A stretch of 64,000 nt of DNA from the NCBI GenBank assembly GCA_965216875.1, contig OZ244207.1:5344001-5408000 (forward strand). The letters are read 5' to 3'. The DNA comes from Rubripirellula sp. Its GTDB lineage: Bacteria; Planctomycetota; Planctomycetia; Pirellulales; Pirellulaceae. The number at the start of each line of letters is the position of its first letter. The first letter of the stretch is position 1. Positions 1-10,356 of this stretch are shown here, one piece after another. The notes beneath the pieces are model-generated. The model was not told the DNA's origin. It was given only the letters and a program-made list of their open reading frames with translations, and did not search any database. A program made the position numbers and the translations under genes.

Positions 1-178
1 CAGGTTCATCACAATCGCCCAAGTCGTCGGTAATCCTGGCGAATGCGTAAAGCGCGCACATTGCCTCACGTTTCGGCCGTGGCAACAACCAAAACGATCG
101 ATAGAAGTTACTTCCACTGCGCCGCGCGATCCGCCTGGCGCATCGGTAACTTGTCGAAATCGAGATTTCTTCGGCCAT
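1..178 (-). CDS. hpnD: Squalene/phytoene synthase family protein (HpnD-like), N-terminal part; runs off the window edge
   Basis: Manual translation from ATG at 178: MAEEISISTSYRCARRIARRSGSNFYRSFWLLPRPKREAMCALYAFARITDDLGD. It carries the SNFY...LYAFxRxxDD motif and lies directly downstream of hpnC. Confidence 0.75.
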   Translation of the reverse strand, partial: MAEEISISTSYRCARRIARRSGSNFYRSFWLLPRPKREAMCALYAFARITDDLGDCDEP

Positions 179-270
179 ACTTCATGATGATACCCGCCCG
201 TCCAGGCTCGCGTAGGCCCACCCCGACTCGCACACCAGGCTCGTGCTCTAGGCAAGTGCGATTGGGATCA

Positions 271-1284
271 CTAGTGAACACCGGCAGCCGCCTTCACAAC
301 CATCCATGCCTGGCGCCATTTGCTGACCACCGGGCGCGTCCTCAAAACGTCGTACTCCACTCTGCGAATGGCATTGATTGTCTCGAGACCACCAGCGGCG
401 AAAAGCTGAATGTCTGACGCGATCCAGTTGGGTACCTTACGCACCAACTCGCTCCCTCGATTCAAGTAATCCTCGGCAAGGTCACACTGGTCGGATAGCA
501 ATTCGCGAAGCGATTGTGGCGTGGACGTTTGATCGAGCATCGATTCTTCGACACCGAAATGCTGCATGCGATCGAAAGGAAGATAGACGCGTCCGATGGC
601 AAAATCACGGCGCACATCTTGCCAGAAGTTCGCAAGTTGAAGGCCCGTGCAGAGGTCGTCCGACAGCGCAGCCCGTTTTTCGTCGTAGCATTCCCCCAAC
701 CTCAATACGATGCGGCCGACAGGGTTGGCTGACCGGCGACAATACGCAAGCAATTCATCCATGTTTGCATATCGATTCTTGACTTGGTCCTGGCGAAAAG
801 CATCAAGTAAGTCATCAAAGGGTTCTCGCGGAAGCCGGAATTGGCGCACCGTCTTGGCCAGCGCCAAGAAGACGTTTTCGGCGTCCGCGGTGCCGTTTCC
901 GGGTTTTTCGGTCCGGGATTGGGCGTCGCCATCCCCACTCGCGGAGTAGGCTAGGTCGCTTGATCCGCCATAAAGGGCGTCTAGCCGCGATTGAAAGTCA
1001 GCCAGACCATCCAACGCGATCTGAGGATCGGGGGACTCGTCGGCCAAGTCGTCTGCCATTCGGCAAAAGGCATAAACATTGTAAAATGGTTGCTTCAACC
1101 TTCGAGGAAGAAGGACGGTGGCAACCAGAAAGTTCTCGTAGTGACTGCGTGCCAAGCGTCGCGTAAAACGTTCCGCAGCCACCACGGCATGGCGGTCGGT
1201 GGCAACCTGTCGATCACGTTGGGTATGGCGGTTGACCAATTCACCTTGGTTGCGGTTATCGTCCAATGGACGCGGATCACGCAT
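271..1284 (-). CDS. hpnC: Squalene synthase HpnC (start codon uncertain)
   Basis: Motifs HYENFLV, YAFCRMADDLADE, FRQDQ, YCRRSANPVGR and LQLANFWQDVRRD...GRVYLP. Confidence 0.88.
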   Translation of the reverse strand: MRDPRPLDDNRNQGELVNRHTQRDRQVATDRHAVVAAERFTRRLARSHYENFLVATVLLPRRLKQPFYNVYAFCRMADDLADESPDPQIALDGLADFQSRLDALYGGSSDLAYSASGDGDAQSRTEKPGNGTADAENVFLALAKTVRQFRLPREPFDDLLDAFRQDQVKNRYANMDELLAYCRRSANPVGRIVLRLGECYDEKRAALSDDLCTGLQLANFWQDVRRDFAIGRVYLPFDRMQHFGVEESMLDQTSTPQSLRELLSDQCDLAEDYLNRGSELVRKVPNWIASDIQLFAAGGLETINAIRRVEYDVLRTRPVVSKWRQAWMVVKAAAGVH

Positions 1285-1318
1285 TTATCAAATCTAACGT
1301 CGGTATTTTGGAACTGGA

Positions 1319-2272
1319 ATGAAAATCATCTTGGCCGCACCGCGTGGTTTTTGTGCTGGTGTCAACATGGCGATCGACTCGCTTGACCTGACGCTCCAAA
1401 AATTCGGCCCGCCGGTCTACGTTTACCACGAGATCGTGCACAACCAATATGTGGTCAAACGGTTCAAAGAAAAAGGCGCTGTCTTTGTCGACCATATCGA
1501 AGAGGTCCCCGAAGGCAGCGTGTTGCTGTTCAGTGCCCACGGCGTTTCGCCTGAGATCCGCAATGCCGCACGCGCCCGCAACCTCAACGCGCTCGATGCG
1601 ACTTGTCCACTGGTCACCAAAGTTCACCTCGAGGCCATCAAGTACGCTAAGGCAGGTTACACGATCATCTTGATCGGACACGAAGGCCACGACGAAGTCA
1701 TCGGCACGATGGGCGAAGCCCCCGAAGCGATCGTGCTTGTTGAAGACGAAGAGGGCGTTGACCAACTTGAGATTGCGGACGAATCGAAACTCGCTTACTT
1801 GACCCAAACCACTTTAAGCGTGGATGACGCCAACCGCATCATCAAACGATTGCGTGCTCGATTCCCCAATATCGAAAGCCCGCCTAAAGAAGACATTTGC
1901 TACGCCACCCAAAATCGCCAGGAAGCCGTCCGCGTCCTGAGTGAAAAGGCGGATATCGTTGTTGTGCTTGGCAGCCAAAACAGCAGCAACTCACAACGGC
2001 TACGTGAGCTTGCCGAGATCGAAGGCCGTCGAGCGTTTCTTGCCGACGGCCCGCAAGACTTGAACGTCAATGACTTTGCCGATGCCGACACCGTCCTGAT
2101 CACCGCCGGCGCAAGCGCCCCCGAATCGGTCGTTCAAGAAACGGTCAATTGGCTCGCCGAACAATTCGACGCATCGGTGGAACTGGAACAGATCCGCGAA
2201 GAATCGGTGCAGTTTCCTCTCCCCAAACCGCTTCGCGCCTTTGCGGCCGAAGCCAAGTCGGCTTCGAATTGA
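1319..2272 (+). CDS. ispH: 4-hydroxy-3-methylbut-2-enyl diphosphate reductase
   Basis: PRGFCAGV, HEIVHN, SAHG, DATCPLVTKVH, QTTLS, DICYATQNRQ, SSNS, TAGASAP. Confidence 0.97.
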   Translation: MKIILAAPRGFCAGVNMAIDSLDLTLQKFGPPVYVYHEIVHNQYVVKRFKEKGAVFVDHIEEVPEGSVLLFSAHGVSPEIRNAARARNLNALDATCPLVTKVHLEAIKYAKAGYTIILIGHEGHDEVIGTMGEAPEAIVLVEDEEGVDQLEIADESKLAYLTQTTLSVDDANRIIKRLRARFPNIESPPKEDICYATQNRQEAVRVLSEKADIVVVLGSQNSSNSQRLRELAEIEGRRAFLADGPQDLNVNDFADADTVLITAGASAPESVVQETVNWLAEQFDASVELEQIREESVQFPLPKPLRAFAAEAKSASN

Positions 2273-2316
2273 CGCGGCCCAACACGGCAAACGGCAGATC
2301 CCTTACGCCGGCACGC

Positions 2317-3810
2317 TCACAGCCCAAAGGGTTTTAAGGCGGTTGCAAACTCTTCTGCTGATCGAAAACGTCGCGCTGGAGCGGGATGCAATGCTCGCTG
2401 AATCTCCGCAGCAAGTTCTGCTGTCACGTTCGGATTGAGTTCATCCGCCGACGTCGGTAACTCTCGCATCCGCTTATGAATCGTCTCGGCTGGCGACGCA
2501 GCGTGATGCGGAATCTTTCCCGTCAGGATTCGGTAAAGGCAGACGCCAACAGCGTACACGTCGCAATCCGGTTCGGCATACTTGCTATCCGCCAATTGTT
2601 CTGGCGACATAAAGGCAATGGTCCCACACACCGCATCGCTCGCCGTCATACCGGAAAAGCCAGCCGTTTCAAAAAACTTGGCAAGTCCAAAGTCGGCCAG
2701 TTTGACGAACAATCGACTTTGATGAATGCCCGCCAAAACATTGGCAAGTTTGACGTCGCGATGAATGATCCCCATGTCGTGGGCGTGAGAAAGGGCGGCC
2801 AACATTTTTCCTGCGATGCCAACACACAACCGCACCTGCTTGTGCGCTGGCTGCTGTGCAACCAGTGCATCGATATCTGCCGCTTCGACGTATTCAAGAA
2901 TCAAATAGGGTCGATCCTCGGCAATGCCAAACCCATGATACGAAACAATGTTCGGGTGTTTGAGCTGAGAAACGATCGAGATCTCGCGCATAAAAAGCGA
3001 CTTCACTTTTTCAGCCCGTGCGCCGCCAGGGAGGATCGACTTGATCGCAAACCGCTTATTCGTTCCTTTTTGAATGGCGTCGTAGACCACCCCAAAACTT
3101 CCTTGACCAAGCTTCTGGCGGATCTCGAATCCTTCCACCTCAAGCTCTTCGTCATGCTGGGCACCTCGAGTTGTCGGAAGCGGTCTTTCCGACTGCCGAA
3201 ATCCAAAGGTAACCCCTTCGATTTCAAAGGAGCTCGCGGGGTCAACCTGCGACATTTCAACTGGTTGGCCCGCAACAGAAAGTGACGCAGGCGAACTCAA
3301 ATTCACAACAACGAATCGGTCATGTTCGAGAATCAAACAAACATGACGCTGATCGACTTGCGAAGCTTTGATGGGAACATCGACCTCTTGGGAGCGACCA
3401 ACCACGTATTGGCCTGGAATCGCCAAACAATGGGATTCAACTTGGCCATCATGTTTGACAATCAAATGAACCGAATCGCGATCGACCTGGACAACCGTTT
3501 CGCCTGGGGGCGCCGCAACGATATCGCCGCGCGCAACATCCACCGTTCCTGAAAACCGGTCGATGACCCAGGCGTAGTTTGGACACGACGCAAGCACTCG
3601 ATCGAGCACCGTCGAATCACCATCCAATTCGGCGTGCAGCTTCAAGAGCTCAAACAACAACACCGGCCGCTCCTGTTCCGATACCATGTCCAAAACGCTT
3701 GCAGGATCACATGCATCCGTTGAACGCATCTGAGACTCATAGTCGCGGCACACTCCATCGATGCGCTGCTGGGCGTCAATCGACAGCTGACTGATATCCA
3801 AGTCCATCAT
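2317..3810 (-). CDS. FHA-domain Ser/Thr protein kinase
   Basis: N-terminal 'IDGVCRDYE...LLFELL' segment typical of ECF-linked planctomycete kinases; FHA-like VVGRS...RHVCL; kinase motifs LGQGSFG, AIK, HRDVKLAN, DFG, FMSPE; no clear TM segment. Confidence 0.88.
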   Translation of the reverse strand: MMDLDISQLSIDAQQRIDGVCRDYESQMRSTDACDPASVLDMVSEQERPVLLFELLKLHAELDGDSTVLDRVLASCPNYAWVIDRFSGTVDVARGDIVAAPPGETVVQVDRDSVHLIVKHDGQVESHCLAIPGQYVVGRSQEVDVPIKASQVDQRHVCLILEHDRFVVVNLSSPASLSVAGQPVEMSQVDPASSFEIEGVTFGFRQSERPLPTTRGAQHDEELEVEGFEIRQKLGQGSFGVVYDAIQKGTNKRFAIKSILPGGARAEKVKSLFMREISIVSQLKHPNIVSYHGFGIAEDRPYLILEYVEAADIDALVAQQPAHKQVRLCVGIAGKMLAALSHAHDMGIIHRDVKLANVLAGIHQSRLFVKLADFGLAKFFETAGFSGMTASDAVCGTIAFMSPEQLADSKYAEPDCDVYAVGVCLYRILTGKIPHHAASPAETIHKRMRELPTSADELNPNVTAELAAEIQRALHPAPARRFRSAEEFATALKPFGL

Positions 3811-3875
3811 GTTTCATTCTTTGTTCGCATTTGCTTGAGCTTGATAGCCTCTGTTCCATCCCAACGCAGTTCTCG

Positions 3876-4436
3876 ATGTCCGACGAAACGCAATCGCACT
3901 TTGAACAAAGAGTCTACCGAGAATATTTCGATTCGCTCGTGCGACTGGCCAATGCCCGGATCGGCGACCAGCACCGGCGGGATGCTGACGGCGAGGACAT
4001 TGCGATATCGGCACTGGCAAGCTTTTTTGATCGCTACGGCGACCAGTCGCGTTGGAAACTCGAGGATCCTCAATCGCTTTGGGCGATCGTTGCAACCATC
4101 GCACATCGCAAAGCTCTCAATCATGTTCGAAAAAAAACCCAATTAAAGCGTGGGCTCGGCAAAACACGCGGTGACTCTGTCTTTGGCTCCGAAGCCCAGG
4201 GACTCAACATGACTCCCGCCCCCGAGGCGCCACCAAACGAGCTCGTCGCTTCGATCGAAACGGTGCAGTCCCTGCTCGCAGAGCTGCCAGAAGAACTCGC
4301 CTTCATCGCCGCCCGCAAACTCGAGGGTTTCACCAATGCCGAAATCTCACAACAGCTCGATTGTTCGGTCGCCACGGTGGAACGCCGACTCAAGATGATC
4401 CGCTCACAATGGGAATCGGCGACCGAGCCATCGTGA
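3876..4436 (+). CDS. ECF-type RNA polymerase sigma factor (kinase-associated planctomycete type)
   Basis: Region 2 YFDSLVRLA...DGEDIAISALASFF...LW; region 4 LEGFTNAEISQQLDCSVATVERRL; flanked by two kinase genes. Confidence 0.88.
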   Translation: MSDETQSHFEQRVYREYFDSLVRLANARIGDQHRRDADGEDIAISALASFFDRYGDQSRWKLEDPQSLWAIVATIAHRKALNHVRKKTQLKRGLGKTRGDSVFGSEAQGLNMTPAPEAPPNELVASIETVQSLLAELPEELAFIAARKLEGFTNAEISQQLDCSVATVERRLKMIRSQWESATEPS

Positions 4437-4440
4437 TCAA

Positions 4441-7400
4441 TCAACGTGGTTGTGGAACGGGTACCGGAACGGGCGCTGGTGGCGCTGCAGGGCGGTCGAC
4501 CTTCGCTGGAACTGGTGCAACATGCTGAGGCTCTTCACTCGGCAGAACCGTCTTGGCGTCTTTTTTTGCCCGCCAAGCGTGCTGCTTGCCCCAAAGTTGC
4601 TTGTCGGTCACCAACAAGAAATCCAATGGGTGCTGAACCTTGGTGCTCCAGTTTTTCTTGTCGAACAGCCCGATGTCACCTGGAACTCGAAACACGCCGG
4701 TTGCTTCGGGCATCACTCCGACAAGACGAAATTTGAGTTCTCCTTCACCACCCACGGCCGTGTAGCCTGGTCGAGACTGAGTATCAAAATGCTGCGTCAT
4801 CGAATGGTTGTTGCGGAGCCACTCTTTCGTTTTCTCGGAGTAGAGCGACGTAGAGTTCAGTCGAATGTTCGCGGCGAACTTCGTGGGGACAGACGTTTCG
4901 TGATGAACGGTAAAGTCAATCGCAAAGTTCTCGCCTGGTTCGGCGTAAACGAGCACGGTATCGGGTGAAATCACTTCAAGGTTTCCGCGCAGATTCGTTA
5001 CCGAAACAGAGTTCGTCTCGGAAGCGGGGTCCGATTCGGTGGATGGCGGTGGGCCACAGGCGGAAACGGCAAGTCGTTTCAGCATGCCAGCGTTTCGCAG
5101 TGGCAGCGAGTCGCGGCGTTCGTCGCGTCTTGCGTTGTGATCCCAAACAACGACATGATTGACCGGCAGCGGCCGCCACTCGTTTCCTTGTTGATAGACA
5201 TGTGCATTGGCAATACAAAACACCCGACCTTCACTCACCCGAGGCTGATCACTTGGTTGACCTCGAAGGAATCTGTCCAAGGCCCCATGATTGTGAAGCG
5301 GAAAAACATCGTCGCTGCCTGCGACCGCCGTGGTGATCAATCCGGGCAAGACCCAATTCTGGGACGCCGCCACCTCGACCGGTAACTCGTGCGGCGTTTG
5401 ACCTCCAGATAACATCGCCGCGATCTCCTTTGTCGACCAAGCGACTGCCAAGACCTGCTGGTGATGTTTCCCGCGTTCACTTAGCGGTTCTCCGTCCGCA
5501 TTCTCTTGAATGGCAACAAGCGATTGACCATCGACTGAGAAGTGGGCGTGCGTCCACTCTTTCGGCAAATAGGTTTTGTCCAGCGGGTTGTGAATCGACG
5601 CAATCGCCGTGCGCCCACTTTGATGTCCAAAAACGATCAACTGTCCATCGGGGCTGATGCTCACATCGTTCGGGTCGGCGCTCTTGATACGTGTCGCCTT
5701 GATCGCGTTGTCCGAAGATTGCAGCACATAGCACTGACCCTGATCATCGACAACGATCGTGGCTGAATCTGGTTGTCGGCTCGTCGCGATTCTGACGACC
5801 GGCCCGATTCCGTCGAGCGTCGCAACGCGTTGGCCCGTTCTTGGATCAAAGACCAACAATCGGTCGACTTCGGCTTCGTCCGCCGCGTCAGCGTCTGCCG
5901 GTTGTGCGTCAGGGTTTGCCAGTTGTGACTGAGCGACCGGCACCGGCGCTGGCGGTGCCGCGCCAACCGGCGGCGGGGGAATGACGCCAGGCGCGGGAGC
6001 AGCAGGCATCGGAACGGCCTCGGCAAGTAAGGTTGGTCCTCCCACGCATGCGATCCCGACCATCAAATTTCCCGTCGTTGGATCGAACGCGATGTCACCT
6101 GCCGAAGAATCATCAAGGGGAATGGTGTTGACGAGTTCGCCTGTTGCCGTGTCCCAAATGTCAATTCGATTGCAGCCACATGTCCCGCAACTCAGGTTCT
6201 TGCCGGCTGCGGCAACCAATGCTCCGTCGCTCGATGTGGCAACCATTTGGTAAAGGCATTCACTTCCCACAAGCTCTTTGGGCTCCGAGGGAATCTCGGC
6301 GCTGACCACATACACCCCAACGTCACTGCCGACTGCGACACCCGCCCCGTGAGGCAAGAAAATCGCCGGCATCTTTGCAAATGGAATTTGGCTTGCCGCG
6401 AGTTTATTCACAGTGCGTGTTCTCGTTTCGGCAACCCAATGGGTGCGGCTGATTTGTCGCGTTCGCGTTTCCACCCGCGTCTTGGTCACTGGCACCGTCT
6501 TCGTTTTCCGTACCGTTCTTAGCGCCTCAAACGCGATGGTGAGAACCACGAGGCTTTGCGGCTCGTCGAATGTCTTTAAGGAGACCGGCTCTTTCATGGC
6601 TTTGTCAGAATACAAGCGAATGAGGCCTTGTTGATCGCGGCGCATGTACACGCCCGCATCCATCACATCTTGGGAAATCAGACGAACCCCATCTGCGGTG
6701 TCGATCTTCGTGACCCTGGCCGCCTCTTTACTGTCTAGCTGGTCCGTTCGTAGCGTGTCCCGCTCCTGGGCAAGTTGCCGCGCCGCGATCAGCTCTGTCT
6801 CGATGTATGCAATCTGTTCTTCAACTGTTTGCCGGACCTCCTCGGTGTAGGGAACACAAACGGTGTAGGTCTGTTCTTGCGTCCGCTGGGTAGGAACCGC
6901 AACGGTATACGATTCTTCCCACGGCCCCTGTCGCGCGGCGCTGGCGGGGTACCTGTCATCAAGCCACAAACGCTCGCCGGTTTCTGCATCGTGGATCTGA
7001 TACCCGTCGGCAACAGGCGTGAGAACACGACCGAGCTCCTCATCGATATCGACATAGGAATAAGCGACACCCGTTTCGGCGACGTCGTACAACGTTTCCT
7101 GGTCGTTGAGTGACCAACACCTCAATTGGCTTTGAAAGGGAAGATTCCTCAACCAAGCGTCCTCGACGCAAGGTTCCGCAAGGGCGGCGATCAGCTTCGT
7201 CGAGGTGGCGTCGACATCGATCGCGATCAATCCGTCGGTCTCAAATTCGGCAATGCGATCACCCGTATCGGGCGAATAGAGCCCAACACTTGCGTCGACT
7301 TGGGCGATCACGATTCCGCCAGGAACCTCACATGCGTCGGTCACCCAGGACGAGACTGGAATCTCACGCAAGACCGTACCATCCATTGAATTGACGATCG

Positions 7401-10356
7401 CAACGAAACCTTCGTCATCGGCCGCACTGGTTGGCGCGTCGGTTTTCTCGAATCGCATTCCAGTGACGAGCATGCTTTCACCCCCGCCCAGGAAAGCCGC
7501 ACTGTCGATCATCACATCCTCGATGCGCCACCGCGAGGTCACTTTGGTTCCTTGGTTTTCTTTGGACAGATTCCAGATCCGTACCAGCCCGCTTCCATCA
7601 ACGGTGGCGATTTCTTCGCGAGCAGGATGAAAACTAACACTGGCGGCGCCGAGAACATGCCCCGCAAGCTCGTGCTCAACCTTTCCAGTCAGCGGATTCC
7701 ATAGGGTGACCAACGGATTGCTCGGCGAAGTGCTTGCTGAAACCAGCGTGCCTTCGCCATTGACGACCACACGACCAAACTCTCGCAACCTGCCTTGGGG
7801 TGGACAACGCAGTTCCGCGCCTTCGGGTGTGCGTGATGAAGTCGGCCAAATACGGATATCACCTGACTCGTCTCCGGTCGCAACACAACCACGATCGGAT
7901 CGCATCGAAACGCTTGTCACCGCGGCCATGTGTCCGCTGCGTTTGATCAAATCATTTTCAACGTGGCCGTCCGCAAATCCGACCACCAATCGCCCCATCG
8001 ATGTTTCGATTGCACAACTTGGACCGTCACCGTTCACATTGCCAACAGGTCGATTCCCAATGCACAACACCTTGCCTTCAAAATACTTCTGCTCTGGTAT
8101 CGATTGAGTGAGGTCACTTTCATCGAGGCGGTTCACGACGGTATCGGCTGATCCCCAGCCTTTGGCGGCCGGGTCATCGTGAAAAAAGAATCCCGGGGAT
8201 TCAATTTCTTCGCCATCAGGTGCCATGGGACTCACTGAAAAGAGCTGGCATGGAAGTTTGGGACTGCTGGAGACGAGGCAATCAAGTCGAGAACCATCCG
8301 AGGTGTACGCGAGATCAAGCACATTGGATGTGATCTTGCTTGGTTTCGATCGGCGTGTGATGGCTGCCTCGCCGAGCTCCCAGATCTCGACTCCGTTGTT
8401 GCCACAAACCGCAAACTCATCTCCGTCCGGATGAAACGCGATGACATTGAGCCAAGGCATCTCGCTTGGCGATTGGTTGACCGGAGTCAGCAAGACGCCC
8501 TTTCCTGTCTTCTTCACTGCCCAAATTCGAATCGATGCTTTCTGACGTCGTTGCCCCTTGGGAACCAATCCTTGTTGCAGGGTAACCACTTGCATTTTTT
8601 CCGGATGGAAACGAGCGCACGCAAGTCGTGGCAACTCAAACGTCGTCAACGGCGTGAACGCTTGCCCGTCCCAGAACGCCAATTTCGAATTCGCCGTCAA
8701 CGCCATCAGTAGGGAGCCATCGCCACTCCAACTCAAACTCCGGACCGGCTGCCCCGCGTGAAGTACGAACGGAGCTCCCATCGCGCGGCGACGAAGCAGG
8801 CTATGTTCAATCCCACGTTCGTCCCAGGGCACGCGATCAAGAGTTCGATGAAGCCTCGCGAGGTTGTCATCGCGAAGCGCTTTGACGCCGCCGTCGATCA
8901 GTCGGACTTGCTCGATCACTTTCTCGCGAAGGACAAGTGTCGCCAATTCCTTTTCGCGGATCGTTTTCTCGGTACTCACCAACTGCAATTCAACACGTGT
9001 TTGGCCAAGTCTCGCGGTCTGTTGATCGGCGATGACGCGTGAATCGTTGGCTCGCCTCCAACCGAGCGTCGCTGTCGTTCCGCCTAACAGCATCAAGATT
9101 GCGACGGTTGCTGCAATCCAACCCGCCATGTGCGGTCGCTTCTTTGCCCAATGCAACGAATGATCGACCCAACCAGGATTGCCGGCCAACACCAGTTCGC
9201 CATCGAGCCAACGTTCCAAATCGTCAGCCAACGCATCACAATCGGCATAGCGATCTGCAGGGTCGCGGCTGAGTGATTTCAAGCAAATCTGTTCGAGCGG
9301 CTGCGGCACGCCTGGAGCAATCGCAGAAGGCTTCGGCAAATCATCGTGCAGGACGCTCGACAACAATGCGTGTGAGTCCCCTTCGAACGGCCGGCGCCCC
9401 GCCAACACTTCGAACAGAATCACGCCAACACCATATTGGTCTGCTGCCGAGTTGACTTCGCAAAGGTCGCCACGCACCTGCTCGGGTGACATGTAGGCGG
9501 GCGTTCCGATCAATTGCCGCTGGTCGGTCGCTTTCGTGACGTTGTTGTGTGCCAGACCGAAGTCGGTCAATTGAGCATGTGACTGGTCGTCGATCAAAAC
9601 GTTGTGAGGTTTGACGTCACGATGAATGATGCCCTCGCGGTGCGAATAAGCAAGCGCTCGCGAGAGTTCGACAATCCAAACCACAAATTGCCTGAGGCTC
9701 TGCTGATCCGTGACCGGCCCCGATTGCTCTTTGATTTTTACCGAGAGCGTATCGCCCGCGACATACTGCGAGGCGATAAAGGGGCTTGAATCGATGTCTC
9801 CTACTTCAAATACCGAAACGATATTTGGATGCCGAAGCTTTGCTGACGCTTTGGCCTCGCGCAAAACGCGGTCACTCGAGTCCTCGGCCGATGTGTCGCT
9901 AGGATGCATCACCTTCAATGCAACGAATCGATCGAGAATGGGATCGTGAGCCTTGTAGACGTTCCCAAACCCTCCAACGCCTAACTGATCTCGCACGATG
10001 AAACGACCGATCGTTTTCGGCAGCCCAGTTTTGGGTCGCCCCTTGCCCTTGCTTGGTGAGGAGCGAGTGCCCGAGCGGACGTCTCTTTCAGACCTCTTTG
10101 TTGTTTGAGACCGACTTGCAGTCGTGTCCTCCGCCGCTGCCTTCTTGCTTGGCGGCGGCTGCGACTTGCTTACGGACTGCGTCGACGCTTCTCGCTTGAT
10201 GGGTGCGCCGGTCTTGATGGATTGTTCAGACGGCGTTTGCACTGCCTGAACAGCAAAGATGTGCTCACAAACCGTGCATTTGATTCTCTTGCCGGCAAGC
10301 TCGGATGAAATGATCAGTGAGCTTTGACATTCGGGGCAAAGGACTTTTAGTTTCAT
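4441..10356 (-). CDS. Large membrane Ser/Thr kinase with N-terminal zinc ribbon and C-terminal WD40-like repeats
   Basis: Start MKLKVLCPEC...KCTVC; kinase motifs LGVGGFG, ALK, HRDVKPHN, DFG, GTPAYMSPE; TM IAATVAILMLLGG; WD-type repeats such as GH...VRIWN, IRIWP and IDIWD. Confidence 0.88.
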   Translation of the reverse strand: MKLKVLCPECQSSLIISSELAGKRIKCTVCEHIFAVQAVQTPSEQSIKTGAPIKREASTQSVSKSQPPPSKKAAAEDTTASRSQTTKRSERDVRSGTRSSPSKGKGRPKTGLPKTIGRFIVRDQLGVGGFGNVYKAHDPILDRFVALKVMHPSDTSAEDSSDRVLREAKASAKLRHPNIVSVFEVGDIDSSPFIASQYVAGDTLSVKIKEQSGPVTDQQSLRQFVVWIVELSRALAYSHREGIIHRDVKPHNVLIDDQSHAQLTDFGLAHNNVTKATDQRQLIGTPAYMSPEQVRGDLCEVNSAADQYGVGVILFEVLAGRRPFEGDSHALLSSVLHDDLPKPSAIAPGVPQPLEQICLKSLSRDPADRYADCDALADDLERWLDGELVLAGNPGWVDHSLHWAKKRPHMAGWIAATVAILMLLGGTTATLGWRRANDSRVIADQQTARLGQTRVELQLVSTEKTIREKELATLVLREKVIEQVRLIDGGVKALRDDNLARLHRTLDRVPWDERGIEHSLLRRRAMGAPFVLHAGQPVRSLSWSGDGSLLMALTANSKLAFWDGQAFTPLTTFELPRLACARFHPEKMQVVTLQQGLVPKGQRRQKASIRIWAVKKTGKGVLLTPVNQSPSEMPWLNVIAFHPDGDEFAVCGNNGVEIWELGEAAITRRSKPSKITSNVLDLAYTSDGSRLDCLVSSSPKLPCQLFSVSPMAPDGEEIESPGFFFHDDPAAKGWGSADTVVNRLDESDLTQSIPEQKYFEGKVLCIGNRPVGNVNGDGPSCAIETSMGRLVVGFADGHVENDLIKRSGHMAAVTSVSMRSDRGCVATGDESGDIRIWPTSSRTPEGAELRCPPQGRLREFGRVVVNGEGTLVSASTSPSNPLVTLWNPLTGKVEHELAGHVLGAASVSFHPAREEIATVDGSGLVRIWNLSKENQGTKVTSRWRIEDVMIDSAAFLGGGESMLVTGMRFEKTDAPTSAADDEGFVAIVNSMDGTVLREIPVSSWVTDACEVPGGIVIAQVDASVGLYSPDTGDRIAEFETDGLIAIDVDATSTKLIAALAEPCVEDAWLRNLPFQSQLRCWSLNDQETLYDVAETGVAYSYVDIDEELGRVLTPVADGYQIHDAETGERLWLDDRYPASAARQGPWEESYTVAVPTQRTQEQTYTVCVPYTEEVRQTVEEQIAYIETELIAARQLAQERDTLRTDQLDSKEAARVTKIDTADGVRLISQDVMDAGVYMRRDQQGLIRLYSDKAMKEPVSLKTFDEPQSLVVLTIAFEALRTVRKTKTVPVTKTRVETRTRQISRTHWVAETRTRTVNKLAASQIPFAKMPAIFLPHGAGVAVGSDVGVYVVSAEIPSEPKELVGSECLYQMVATSSDGALVAAAGKNLSCGTCGCNRIDIWDTATGELVNTIPLDDSSAGDIAFDPTTGNLMVGIACVGGPTLLAEAVPMPAAPAPGVIPPPPVGAAPPAPVPVAQSQLANPDAQPADADAADEAEVDRLLVFDPRTGQRVATLDGIGPVVRIATSRQPDSATIVVDDQGQCYVLQSSDNAIKATRIKSADPNDVSISPDGQLIVFGHQSGRTAIASIHNPLDKTYLPKEWTHAHFSVDGQSLVAIQENADGEPLSERGKHHQQVLAVAWSTKEIAAMLSGGQTPHELPVEVAASQNWVLPGLITTAVAGSDDVFPLHNHGALDRFLRGQPSDQPRVSEGRVFCIANAHVYQQGNEWRPLPVNHVVVWDHNARRDERRDSLPLRNAGMLKRLAVSACGPPPSTESDPASETNSVSVTNLRGNLEVISPDTVLVYAEPGENFAIDFTVHHETSVPTKFAANIRLNSTSLYSEKTKEWLRNNHSMTQHFDTQSRPGYTAVGGEGELKFRLVGVMPEATGVFRVPGDIGLFDKKNWSTKVQHPLDFLLVTDKQLWGKQHAWRAKKDAKTVLPSEEPQHVAPVPAKVDRPAAPPAPVPVPVPQPR

